A stretch of 64,000 nt of DNA from Perkinsus olseni (lineage: Eukaryota). The notes under the pieces were generated by a model. The model worked only from the letters and a program-made list of their open reading frames with translations, had not been told where the DNA came from and searched no databases. Where the stretch lies: assembly GCA_013115125.1 (NCBI GenBank), contig JABANN010000032.1, positions 1 to 64,000 of the forward strand, read 5' to 3'. Made by a program: the position numbers and the translations under genes. Shown here one piece after another: positions 23,120 to 34,200 of the stretch (the stretch's first letter is position 1; each line of letters starts with the position of its first letter).

Positions 23120-25557
23120 ATGGCCGTTGACTCATCGCCATCAGCAGCAGCAACAGCGGCGGCGGCGCATGACCCCGGCGTACTGAGCGGCCTACTACCA
23201 TCTGATACAGGCTTCGTATCATCGACCTGCCGTCCAGTCAGGCGAAGCGAAAGCGCCCACGAGTGGGGTGCTGTCGAGTGGGCCATTCAATGCATCTACC
23301 GAGCTAGCGCCAAGTGAGGGTCCTCCACCCCCATCCGCTCCCACTGGTACCCTTCAGAGTAGGCCTGTGCAGTCTGTGGGCTGTCGAGCATCCCGAACTC
23401 AACCGCGCTTTCGACGCTTCCCTTGCAAAAGCCAGATCAGAGGCGCGCGAAAGCTCCTTCGTCACGTCGGTTGAAGCAGCAGAGTTGCCTCCCAGATTGC
23501 CGATTCGGCGAGTTGCTCAGCACGGCTTCGCTGGAGTTGGGTGACCGTCAGTCTGTGCAAGCCTTGGATCGCCGATGCAGGTTCGTGCCTTCCAAGTCCA
23601 ACTCGGCAATCGGAGACTCCCTGCGCCCCAAGATCTCACCCGGCGCTCGGGCGTCAACTTTTTCGAGATCGTTTTATGCAGAGTTCGGCTTGGCCATACT
23701 AAAGTGAGCCGAAGCCTAAGGTGGCTGGTCGGTCGTCTGAGGGCGTTAGGTTCATGACAACGGCCGACCACCGCCAGCAGCCGTCACCGGCCAGTATGAT
23801 TCCTATTTGATACTAGATGACCAGGAGCAGGCCCCGTTGGATGTCCATCCACTTTTGTGTCCGTGGATATTCTCGCACCAGTACCTCGTTAAGGATGCCC
23901 AGTCCCAGCTGTTGCCGGTCTACGTGGCTCGGGTACGGATAGTACTTGGTGGTAGTGCAACGACGCTCGGCAACAGGTTGGGGTGATGCCGTCTGGAGAG
24001 TCTGGATCCAGCGCGGCGAATCAGTTTGATGGTAGGGCTTGCTCCCGAATGTGTGTCGTTATTAGTATGTTATCATGATATGAAGATAACAGTAAATTAG
24101 TATCATCAATAGAGCTGCATACATAGTAGGGCTCTCATGTAAACGCTGCACGTCTTGTGAATTATTATTCACTACTCACCTATAGCCCGCGGCTGCACGA
24201 GGGGAAGAGGAGTTCTCTATCCTTACCGTACACTCCTAGTCCACAATGATCTCTACATTATTATGTATACTATAGAAGGAGACCTCATGGGAGCTTGTAC
24301 ATATCTTATATCAACCTCACTATTATTTTTTGTCTACCCCCAGCCAAAGGCGTTTGATCAGGCCGGCCGCCACCAGCGCTGCTGCAGGGCCTTCCCTGTG
24401 ACATTTGTGAGACCAATTGTGCGACATTGTGGTGCGTGAATGATCAAGCGAAGCTTTGCAAGGAGTGCGACTATCTTCTGCACGAAGTAGAGAGGCTTGG
24501 CGACCCCGACCAGCATTCGCGAAGTACTTCGCCCATACCATCTTTTCAACAACTCCTGTTCCTGTCCGTAGGTGAGGAGCTGTTGAGGCACATGAGGGAA
24601 TCGAGTATGATCATCCGACAGCGTCACGTCCGAGTCCCCATAAATGAGAGGCCCGGCATGGACCCGGGGCTCTGTCATATCCTCCCGGCTGCGGACGGTG
24701 CCGAGGCACCCCCTGCTGCCTGGTGGGACAGGAAGGTGCCATACGTAGTGCAGACATCACGACACTATCCCTCACCCCTCAGTTTAAGATTCCGGTCAGC
24801 AGCGTCGCCAAGAGCGAGCAGTACCCCAGTAATGTCGACGAGACTCGTCTGCAACCGCTCGGTCGGTAGTCGCGAGAACGATGGATTCTGAAAGGGTTTT
24901 CCTTCAGCCAGCGCCTATCAAGAAGGGGTTGCAGCGGAGTCGAACAGAAGCGAACCTCGGCTGGAGAATAAGTACCTCCCAATGGCGCTCGAGGGTAGCT
25001 GGCCTGGCACGTCTCTCAGGGAATTTCTCCTATCCCTACTGCGTGAAATCGACAGTCTGGGGGCCCAGCTTGAAAGAGAAAGCAGCTTTTCGGTCGACAG
25101 CCGCATCAGGACCGTCCACAGCCATGCGATGCAGAAGCTCAGCGTGAGGTTGACTGGGAGCTGCTGCCCTTGGGGAGGTTGTGGTGCTCAGTTCCATTGC
25201 GAGAAGGTTATGACGGACCTGCTGACTGCTGAGGAGAGCGCTCAGAACCATCTCAACGTTCTAAAGTGGGCGAAGGAGGTCGCAAGTCCGCAACAGCAGA
25301 TCATGACGCCCAAGGCTTGGCTGGAGCTGTGGTGAGGACCTCGACCATCTTCAAGCTGATGATGATGCATTGTCAGGATTGAGCATTATCGGCTGGTGAA
25401 GGAGCTGGCTGAGTCGATGAGGGCGGATACGTCCCTCCGGCAGGAGCTGGTGGAGCCCTCCCCGATGGTCGAGAGATGCTCCATGCAAGTTGGGCTTTCG
25501 GCTGACGACGGCCTACCATCGGTCATCACCTCCCGCACGAACTACTCGAATCGCTAA
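23120..25557 (+). CDS. ART/PARP-like domain + B-box zinc finger + coiled-coil protein (multi-exon)
   Basis: N-terminal FEIVLCRVRLG..GQYDSY..HQYLVKDAQSQLLPVY (PARP-like core); CDICETNCATLWCVNDQAKLCKECDYLLH..RHVRVP (B-box); helical C-terminus. Confidence 0.7.
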
Positions 25558-26310
25558 GAAGGCAACTGTGTGGCTGGTGTTAAACTAAATGTCTCCTGGC
25601 CATTCTCCCCTTCATAACGAACCATCAGCCTGGGGATCGGCCAACGCGTATGAACGAGGCGATCCTCGGGCACAGGTCGCCGGGCAGTTATCGATCACGT
25701 CTCAGGAGCTACTGTCACGTAGGAGTGCACTTAGTGGACCGTCGCCACTAGGATAACTCTCTCCACCCCTCGCAACTCCCACACCTGTCTGCGCCACAGT
25801 TAGTCCAATCCCTCCTTCGTATGGCTTCGTTCATCACGCTCACTGAGTCCGACGAGGGGCGGAGTAAGCAAGCGACCACCGTGCACAATAGCGGCATATA
25901 GGGGAAGGCAGCAAGCATCCGGTGGGGAGCCATCCGGCGGTGGAGATGCCCGGACATAGACACCGCAGTGAGCGGCCAGAAGGAGTGTAGCTTCTTCATA
26001 ACTCAACCCCATCGCCGTGACAGAATCGAACCATATCTCCTCTAACCGTGTGAAAATAAGTACCCTCGTTGCATTGTTCGCAGCAATACTGAGCGGTGGA
26101 TGGGGATCGTTATCAAACAGAAATTGTGTCCAATGGACGGTGGGCTGTTGTTGAAGACGTCGCACTGGCAGTGATGATCAACGTGAGGGCTGCCGTGATA
26201 GGCCAACAACATGCTTTATGCCTCCTGACAGTCTGACAATGAGTAGTCATACCTCACAGCTGCTTCAACTTATAGGTGTTCCTTTCCTTGTATCACCGCT
26301 GGCGAGTGAT

Positions 26311-26463
26311 GAAGGAGCTGGCTGAGTCGATGAGGGCGGATACGTCGCTGCCGCGAGAGCTGGTGGAACCCTCGCCGATGGTCGAGAGATGCTCCATCCA
26401 GTCGGGCTCTCGGGTGACGGTCTGCCATCGGTCGGCTCCCGCACGAACTATTCCAATCGCTGA
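26311..26463 (+). pseudogene. Diverged duplicate of the last exon of the B-box gene (25398-25557) with a 1-nt deletion
   Basis: KELAESMRADTSL..ELVEPSPMVERCS..RTNYSNR* aligns with the first copy, but the frame shifts after ..CSI. Confidence 0.7.
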
Positions 26464-26686
26464 GGCTGATGTTCCTTCTGACAACTCAATGCCACTTGGA
26501 ACGAAGTGAACTGTGTTAAAAAGTCCAACTACAATAGTAGCGACTAAATACAACTAAGAGTTGCCGCCTGATTAGTTAAACACCACTGCTGCAAATTCAT
26601 ATGCCCAGACGAAAACGTACCATAAGCACCAGTATGATTCTGGCAATATCCGATGCCACTGGACATAAAACTGTCCATCTATAAAG

Positions 26687-29474
26687 TTAGTAAGAACGCA
26701 GACGCCGTCTGCCAGACATTCCGTGGCTCTGGCAGCAGCCAGATTCTGGCTTGTGTATTTGCAGCTCCAAGCTGTCTTTCCCCGGCTCGGTCGTTGCAGT
26801 GAAGGGCACGGGTCCCATGATACCGTCAATAAAGTCGTTGATCATCAGAAGGGCCGCCTTTGGTTGGTCGGTGGGAACGAGGTGTCCAGCTCGGTAAACC
26901 TATAGCCTGGGTTTCAGGGTCTTGAAGACCCGGTCTTCACAGTGCTTCCTACCTGGAAGAATCCAAACATGCCCTTCTCCTTCCATCTTACACTGCGGAG
27001 TAGACCGACGGAGATGCCATCGTCGCCCTGAAAAGGGAGCCTTTTTATGAGCCTGGGCTTGATGGAAGTGCTCGGGGTATCTCCTGGTCGACCGACATGC
27101 CTACCTCATATTCAGTATGAGGGGCCCTGAGGAACGCATCACGGCCGGGCCAATCCATCTCATTGGCTGCATGCTCATAGCCAATCCAATTACAGATGAA
27201 ATCTTGGTCGCCAGCATACAGCAGGACCTTTGGAATAGACATCCAACTCACAGACATTTTGAACATAATTGTGGAGTTCCCTTTCATTGTTGCCATTTGG
27301 TGTTCTTTCTCGAGTATCAAAGGCTATACTATCAACCGGCGATGAGTAACTCACTCTGATCTCGGCGTCGAGCAAATCTGGCAGGAGTGTGTCAGTAGGG
27401 GTGATCCCGTCCCTCCTGAAATCCCCAACCTGACTTGAGACCTGCTTTTCAGGTTGCCAGGCCGAACAGGAGATTCCCACCTCAGAGCAAGCTTTGAAGG
27501 GCTTGCGGACTCCTAGTTTCCGCTGCACGTCCCTCCTGTTCAAGTAGCGCTCCAACTAAGGAGAGCACAGTATTTCAAGTAAGAACCCATCGCTATTGCG
27601 CCGCGCAATTTGCGCCCGTCTACTACGAAGACTCACGACGGAACCAACCCACCTGATGTTCTCCACGAATAATAACGAATAAACTTTATTCTCCACGAAT
27701 AAAGTTCTCCACGGTAATATCACCCTTGGATGTGATTCTCAGGTCGTATCTGAGGCGTAGTCCACGGACAGCAATGGACAGGAATGGACAGCAGTAGCGG
27801 CCACTGAGTAGCCTTCATGGAAGATATTCCACGGTGGAATTTCCACTACAACATACTGCATACGTATTATAACAAATTATAAATTACAAATGGATGTCGC
27901 GCCTCTGGAGCGGTAAAGACGCCTCGCGAATGATATCGAGACTGCTGTACGGGCAGACGGAATCTTGAGTTAGATGAAGGGTGATGACGATAAGCGCCCG
28001 CTGCGGGCTGCATGACAGAATGTAGCCGCTCCCTGAACGCTGAATCATGGCATGAAGGCGGGTATGGCGGGTAAGCTGGGAACATCACAAGCCCAGTAGA
28101 GAAGCTTATACGGTTGAGGGAAAGCGAGGGTGTTTATGGTTTCAATTGGCACCACGCCACTGGCACGGCTCCGCCGCCTCCAATGAGGATGGAAATCCTC
28201 CCTACTGTCGCCTGCCAAGCAGCGTGTTATATTCCTCGAGACCCCTATCATAGCCCTACTCATCGTCAGGTATCTAAAGAGGATGATACACGCTACACTG
28301 CCCGACCTGTTCGCACTCTTTACGGGTGGCGACGTGCGGAGCAGTGCAGCTCTGGAAAGTCATCTGAGGGTAATCGAGGACCCTGGAAGGACCATCGCGG
28401 ACTTCTCATGCCTTCATCATGAAACCACTCACTGAATCGCGGCATTCATCCACCCATTCCCAATGGCTATCCCACGAAGAGGAATATGAGGTTTAATCCC
28501 TCGCGTATTCTCTCGCAGGATTTTATGGGCTATAGCGGGTATGTAGTGACCTGAGCCATGGGAATAGTCGGGGATGTTTTGGTATTCTCCGCTCCATCCG
28601 TGGTTACCAGCATACGATTCCCCAGCGATATAGAAGTCTTGGCCCCTATACTGGGTATGCATAGCGAAGAACTCCTGCAAGGCCATATACCTAATTCCCA
28701 AAAGTCTTAAGCATACTGCGTCAACACATGCGGAATGATGCAGAAGGGATCCGCCTGCCTACAGATCATCAGCGGCCTCGAATGAGCCATTCGTCACATG
28801 TGGGCCCTCGGCGAAACCTGCTCCCGCTGGCTGGTCTACAAAGAGTAGGTTGGCTCGGGTATTCCAAGAGTATCTGAGATGCTGCTCCGAATCAGGGAAT
28901 CCCTTGATTGATGGTTCTCTCAGTTATGCACACAGTCACTGCGTCTTACGGGTTGAGCTTAGTGTCATTCCCATATCCATTGATACTGCAAGGGCCATTC
29001 TCTAGGAAGAGTCCTGCCATGCTGCTGCAGCCGGGCCCTCCGTTCAGCCACAAGATTAGTGGGTCTCTCGGCGGGTTAGACCGAGACTCGAAGAGCCAGA
29101 AGAATAGTCTGGTATGTGTAAGCGTGCCCCGACGGGTCCACGAGCAAATGCCCACCTTCTGCCTTTGCTACCGCTGAAGTAGCCATATACTTGTTTAACT
29201 GCCGGGTCACAGAGGTCTTTGCCGCGGCTCAGAAAAGACACGCCATCGAGAGTACTTTCCTGCGGCTCCCCTAAGGGGTCTTCGCTTAGAGTGGCTTCTT
29301 TTCCTCCAAGGTTGCTGAGAAGAATCGGACACTGAATTAAGGAATTCCGTTGGTGCTGTTGATGATGCCAACTGGGCGTTCTTGCCTTCTGCCGCCTTGC
29401 AGATGGTAAGTCATTCGACTGCTGGCCCAGGCAAACAAGGAGAGCAGAAAGGCGACGAAACCGATGATAGACAT
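26687..29474 (-). pseudogene. Serine carboxypeptidase (family S10) with signal peptide, probably disrupted
   Basis: [70 protein letters not shown]. In-frame TAA at 27686-27688 in the YDLR exon, and no clear exon between about 27750 and 28200. Confidence 0.75.
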
Positions 29475-31356
29475 TGATGAAGAGGTCGAAACTGTGGGAG
29501 CAGCCTAAACCGATGAATCTTGAACGTGTGCACTATAACTCAATGCAGTGTGGCCATTTGGGACATGGCTCAAAGAATGAGAAAATGATCTCGTTTCGTC
29601 TCGAGTGGGAACGTATGTTCTCGACAACAGCTATTGGACAACTGGTCCTGCAATTGATGCAATTAAACATATGCTCTATTACTCAGTACGGCGGCGCTGC
29701 CACACCGAACATTTGAGGCGCGGCTCGAAAAAAAGAAGTCTGAGTCCCAGAGGGGTTCAGAGAAATCTACTCTCGTTGTGGATTAGGAGAGGACGTACAT
29801 GTGCCATGACTGAGGCTCAACATGGGATGAGGGGGTTGCAACAGCTCACACAAGAGCGTATGGTGGAATCGCACAACTTGTGCGGACTCGATCCCCCTAC
29901 TCTCTTGTGCGGCACAAGAGAGTAGGCCCTACTCAGTAGGGGAATAGCATTTTTCCTTCGTCTTGATGAGTTCTAACCTAATTCCTTTTCCATTGACCAA
30001 CGGTAGCCCGCTGAACTACTCAAGCCCTTCTTCTGGATACAGACGTGAGACGCTTGGTGAGCTAGGCTACTGCGATGATCGCAGTGCGATCGTATGTATG
30101 TTTACGCCGAGAGTCAGTCGTACTGTATGAGACAGGATTTGACGGGCGAAAGAGCCTTAAGCGCAGCTTGTATGTGTATGCGTCAAAGGATCGATTAGAG
30201 TCTTTCGTGGATTCTTTTGAGGATTACCATTACCAATCCTGCCAGCCTTATCGACCGCGGTATTATCTGATTACTGTATTTGCCTTCGGGATTGTGTGGC
30301 CAGAGTTGTCACCAGCACCGGCCACCTATAGTGTCAATCGACGACCCGAATCGAGTCACCCGATCACGACTAAGTGGGAAAGTCGTCGGCTTTGAATATA
30401 TCCGTCCATACTTGCTTTTTGTGAGCCTCTGCGCGTTATACGTACTTTTGTCCCAGCAAACGCGTGCGTTCATCGACATGCTATTCAAATCTGTCTACCG
30501 CGCACAGACTTTTGGGAATTGCCCACAGACAGAGCCGCACAGTCTGTCTTCCCAGCAGTGGGCCAGTGGCCCAGGGCTGCCTTCTATATGCCTAGCGATT
30601 CTAAATTTGGCCGCCCCGCCTCACGAGGTGCGGAAGTACCTCGCGCTTGGGGCTCACGCGGCGTGGGATTCAGTACACTACGTTGCAAGGATCACTGCTC
30701 TCCTAAAGGATGAATGGGAAGCGCTATCGAACAGGGACGAAGGATCCAACTCCTTACACACGCATACTCACAACTGACCATGGGCTGTTGAAGAGATCAC
30801 ACTGAGAACGATTATTATAGGGGACTGCCGAGATCGACCAACAGACTTCATGGATCGCTAGGGACTGGCGTTAATTATTCCTTTATAGCTGTTTAATAAT
30901 CGGGCGTTGTGCCGGCACCGGGGATCGATGCGCGCTCCACCGAGCGCGAGTGCACTACACCAACATCTCCATGCGCTCGCCATTGTGTCCCATCTGAAAC
31001 GGTTGGATACGACTAGTCGAACTACCCAAAGTACTGTTGTAAATCACAACTTGTGATTTGTTGTTATTGCCCTTTATGTTACCCCTTCGATCTGCCCTCA
31101 CTATGACTGCCTACTATCACTAGATTATTGCTATGATATCACTACTCCAAGAGTGTTGGGTTGTCCATTCCTCCGCGTGTAGTGGGAGACTCGACCATGG
31201 AACCACCGAGGACTACGTTGCGACGACTATTACGACTATTTTGGAGAATTCCTGCATTGTCCCCACTAAACACGCGCATCGGACCTGGGATCTCCTTTGG
31301 AGTCACACGCCACGAAATTCGAAAGATTCTCTCAACTGTATTGGAACCACTGCCGG

Positions 31357-31409
31357 AGGAACTCAGTACAAGAAGGGTAGGACTCCTACGCTTCTTGTAC
31401 TGAGTTCCT
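31357..31409. repeat. 53-bp near-perfect palindrome (inverted repeat)
   Basis: AGGAACTCAGTACAAGAAG-G-GTAGGA-C-TCCTAC-G-CTTCTTGTACTGAGTTCCT. Confidence 0.95.
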
Positions 31410-31888
31410 ACCGTAGGAGATTGAACCGGGTGCGAACCACGCGTCAATTATGAATGAGGCAAATGAATGCTTAAATGTTGGCAGAGTGATATTCGTGCAT
31501 ACTAGGACTACGTTCTAATCACAACAGTGATGTGGGAGAATGATGAGGAGGGGACATCAGTTTCATCATCATCATCACATCAAAACTGCCAGGAGATACT
31601 CATAGGTTGCGCGCTCGACTATGACATAGCATATCTTCTCCATCATGAACAGCAGCCAGCCATATATCATGCTCTGGAATGCTCCATGTCCTCGGAAATT
31701 TTAAAAGCATGCTTTTTCACTGACTGTCGACTTTTTTCGTTATTATCATCCAATGGACGCTTCGGATGAGGGAAAGTGGTTTGGGAGCGGCTAAGGTTGA
31801 TCCATGCAGCGGGCAAGTTAAAAAGATACTCACGCTGTCAGCTTGTTTTCATCATTGTTCTCAGTCGTCAAGCTGTTGCCGTATATAA

Positions 31889-33220
31889 ATGGATGGCCTT
31901 GCCCTCGGAATCTTCGTTAATGCCGTTGGTGCTATACTTACAAACTTGGGCACCGTGTTAATAAAATACCACAGCGCAGTTCAGCATGATTCTGGCTGCG
32001 CTCAGAGAATTGGCATTGGCTCCTTTTGTGTGGGCAACCTGTTGACGTTCTCATCATTCTCCTTCGCCCCTCAGTCACTACTGGCAGGAGTATCAGCCGT
32101 CCAGTTCGTCTCTAATATCTTTTTTGCCAAGATTTTTCTGGGTGAAAATATCTGCTCTCGGAATATCTCCGGCACTGTGCTGATCATAGCTTCAGTAACT
32201 CTGCTGGTCGTCACCGCCCGCGATGTGAAGAAGCCTGCGGACTTCACGCTGGACCAGTGGTTCGCCTCTTTCCAGCACAACAGCGGTACTTTGCGGCTTT
32301 GCGAAGTGCTGCTGATTTCCACACCAATTTTATGCTTCACTTTCTGGTTCCGAACCGGAGCAGATATTTTCCTTATCGGCTTCAAAAAGATAAAAACCCG
32401 ACTCGAGTGGGAGGTCTCTCAGCCTCGGTCGAAGGGCAGGCTGGCCCGAGTATTAATACCATTTAATTTTATACTACCGAACGCTGCCATCGGAGCCCAG
32501 TCTGCAGTGTTTGGCAAGCTGCTTTCGCTGGTGGCCAATCGAGCGACTCTCCACGGTCAATGGTTCGAGCTAGTTCGTCCGCGGACCCTCCTCGCTCTGG
32601 TTGGCTGGGTCTTTACAGCTACTCTGTGGGTGGTCCAACTAGACCGGGCATTGCGCCTCTTCCCTGGGGGCTTCGTCGTGCCACTGACGCAAGTGTGCTG
32701 GATCATCTGCACGATGGTGTCTGGAGGTGTCGTCTATGATGAGTTCGACCGGATGACTGCCACACAGCAGTGCATATTCGCATGGTCAACTATCGCCTTG
32801 CTGTTTGGGGTATATCTGTTGTCACCAATAGAACAGAAGAAGCCGCCCATTCCCGACAAGTGCTACGTCTCCATCGGTTCTACCTCGGAGACTCGGACGT
32901 CTGACGCATGCCGGAGTACCTCCGTCTCTAGTCCGGTATGGCAGTCCCCGGGCGTCATGGCAGCGGTCTCGATTGACGCTGCCGTGACGACGTGGAAGGC
33001 AGGCCCGGACGCTGAGGCCTCACCTCGTCTGCCGCCTCTCACCCTCCCTAAGGACGACTCAGCCGGCGGGTATGGCTTTGTATCTGAGCAAGACGCGTGC
33101 AGGGTTATGGGTGAACCGCCGTACTTGTGGGTGGCCAGGTCGGCCCGAAGTCTGATGAGGGAGGCTGAAGAGACCGACCGGTGTCGCTCTATCAGACGGT
33201 TATTAGTCGATATGGTATAA
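31889..33220 (+). CDS. NIPA-family (DMT superfamily) Mg2+ transporter-like protein, intronless
   Basis: Multiple TM helices; SFAPQSLLAGVSAVQFVSNIFFAKIFLGE; ALRLFPGGFVVPLTQV; SGGVVYDEF. Confidence 0.85.
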   Translation: MDGLALGIFVNAVGAILTNLGTVLIKYHSAVQHDSGCAQRIGIGSFCVGNLLTFSSFSFAPQSLLAGVSAVQFVSNIFFAKIFLGENICSRNISGTVLIIASVTLLVVTARDVKKPADFTLDQWFASFQHNSGTLRLCEVLLISTPILCFTFWFRTGADIFLIGFKKIKTRLEWEVSQPRSKGRLARVLIPFNFILPNAAIGAQSAVFGKLLSLVANRATLHGQWFELVRPRTLLALVGWVFTATLWVVQLDRALRLFPGGFVVPLTQVCWIICTMVSGGVVYDEFDRMTATQQCIFAWSTIALLFGVYLLSPIEQKKPPIPDKCYVSIGSTSETRTSDACRSTSVSSPVWQSPGVMAAVSIDAAVTTWKAGPDAEASPRLPPLTLPKDDSAGGYGFVSEQDACRVMGEPPYLWVARSARSLMREAEETDRCRSIRRLLVDMV

Positions 33221-34200
33221 TTGTAACCATTGTGATTTCATAAGAGATGTCAATCCATCTTCCTACTGGTGTCTAGCCGTCGGTGTCCTCCACAGTCACC
33301 TGCGTTGTGGTGGTAGTAGTAGCACTTTTCTGCGATTGTTCATCATCATAAGTCTATGGCCCTTCCCCGGTGGAGGAGCCCGTGCATTTGTTGTCATCAT
33401 TAACAATTCAAATATGGATATAATAATGATTGCTTCAATCTGTCCCATTGTTCTCACTTCTGGGGAGGGGTGCTTTTCTCGCCGGCGACTGCGGCGGCTG
33501 GACGACGGACGGCCAGCGGAGAGGACGGAATGGTAGTAGTATCATGGGGGGTCATCTCGTAGGGACTATCACGGTGAAATGGCGACTCAGCGGCTGCCCT
33601 GTTTCGACTCCTCCTGACGTCTATCTCGGCTCTAGTATACTCGTATCCGCAGAGTGGTGATGAGAACGCGTGAGTGTGGAAAATCATTGACAATTGCTCA
33701 GTGACTGGATCGGAGTCCCCGGCAGGATGTAGCTCGCAGTTAGGTGGGACTCCATATCGAATCTGATCGCCTAGAACGCCTCGTGATGGTCTCGGGTCTT
33801 AGTTTTGGGCATACCAAGTTTGCATCGGGCTGATCCCAGGTCATGTTTTGAGAACTGCGCTGGGCACATGCGGGCTTCCCCTTCATGAGACTGTGATGAA
33901 CTGTTCGCAGCGTGCTGATGGAAGAGAACCGCCCTGCGGAGCAGCATCTGACGGTGTAGTGTTCCATCAGCGAAATTGATCCCGGCGATTGTGAAATTGT
34001 GCTCTGGGCGACCATCCTGCAGAATGATTCTACTAGGAATGAAAATGGCCTTTAGGGACTCGCTGGAATTTCTCGCTGTGGTATTTTTCGGGTGAAATCC
34101 GCCAGTCTTATTGCGTGTTTAGCTCCATTCTTTCGGCCACTTTCAACTCCCTTCGGCAAGGCATTGGCTTGGCAGGGCTACCATTTTTTACTGTTTTTGA

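Noticed and set aside
27655..27715. Short repeats as a CRISPR-like array
   Set aside because: Irregular, no unique spacers of constant length, eukaryotic context and no cas genes
29550..29575. GCCATTTGG..GGCTCAA resembling a dinoflagellate/perkinsid spliced-leader relic
   Set aside because: Spacing is wrong, the CCGTA 5' part is missing and it is not oriented toward an adjacent start codon
29600..31300. ORFs 30075-30395 and 30280-30777 as a transposon remnant
   Set aside because: No recognisable RT, integrase or transposase motifs, TIRs or TSDs
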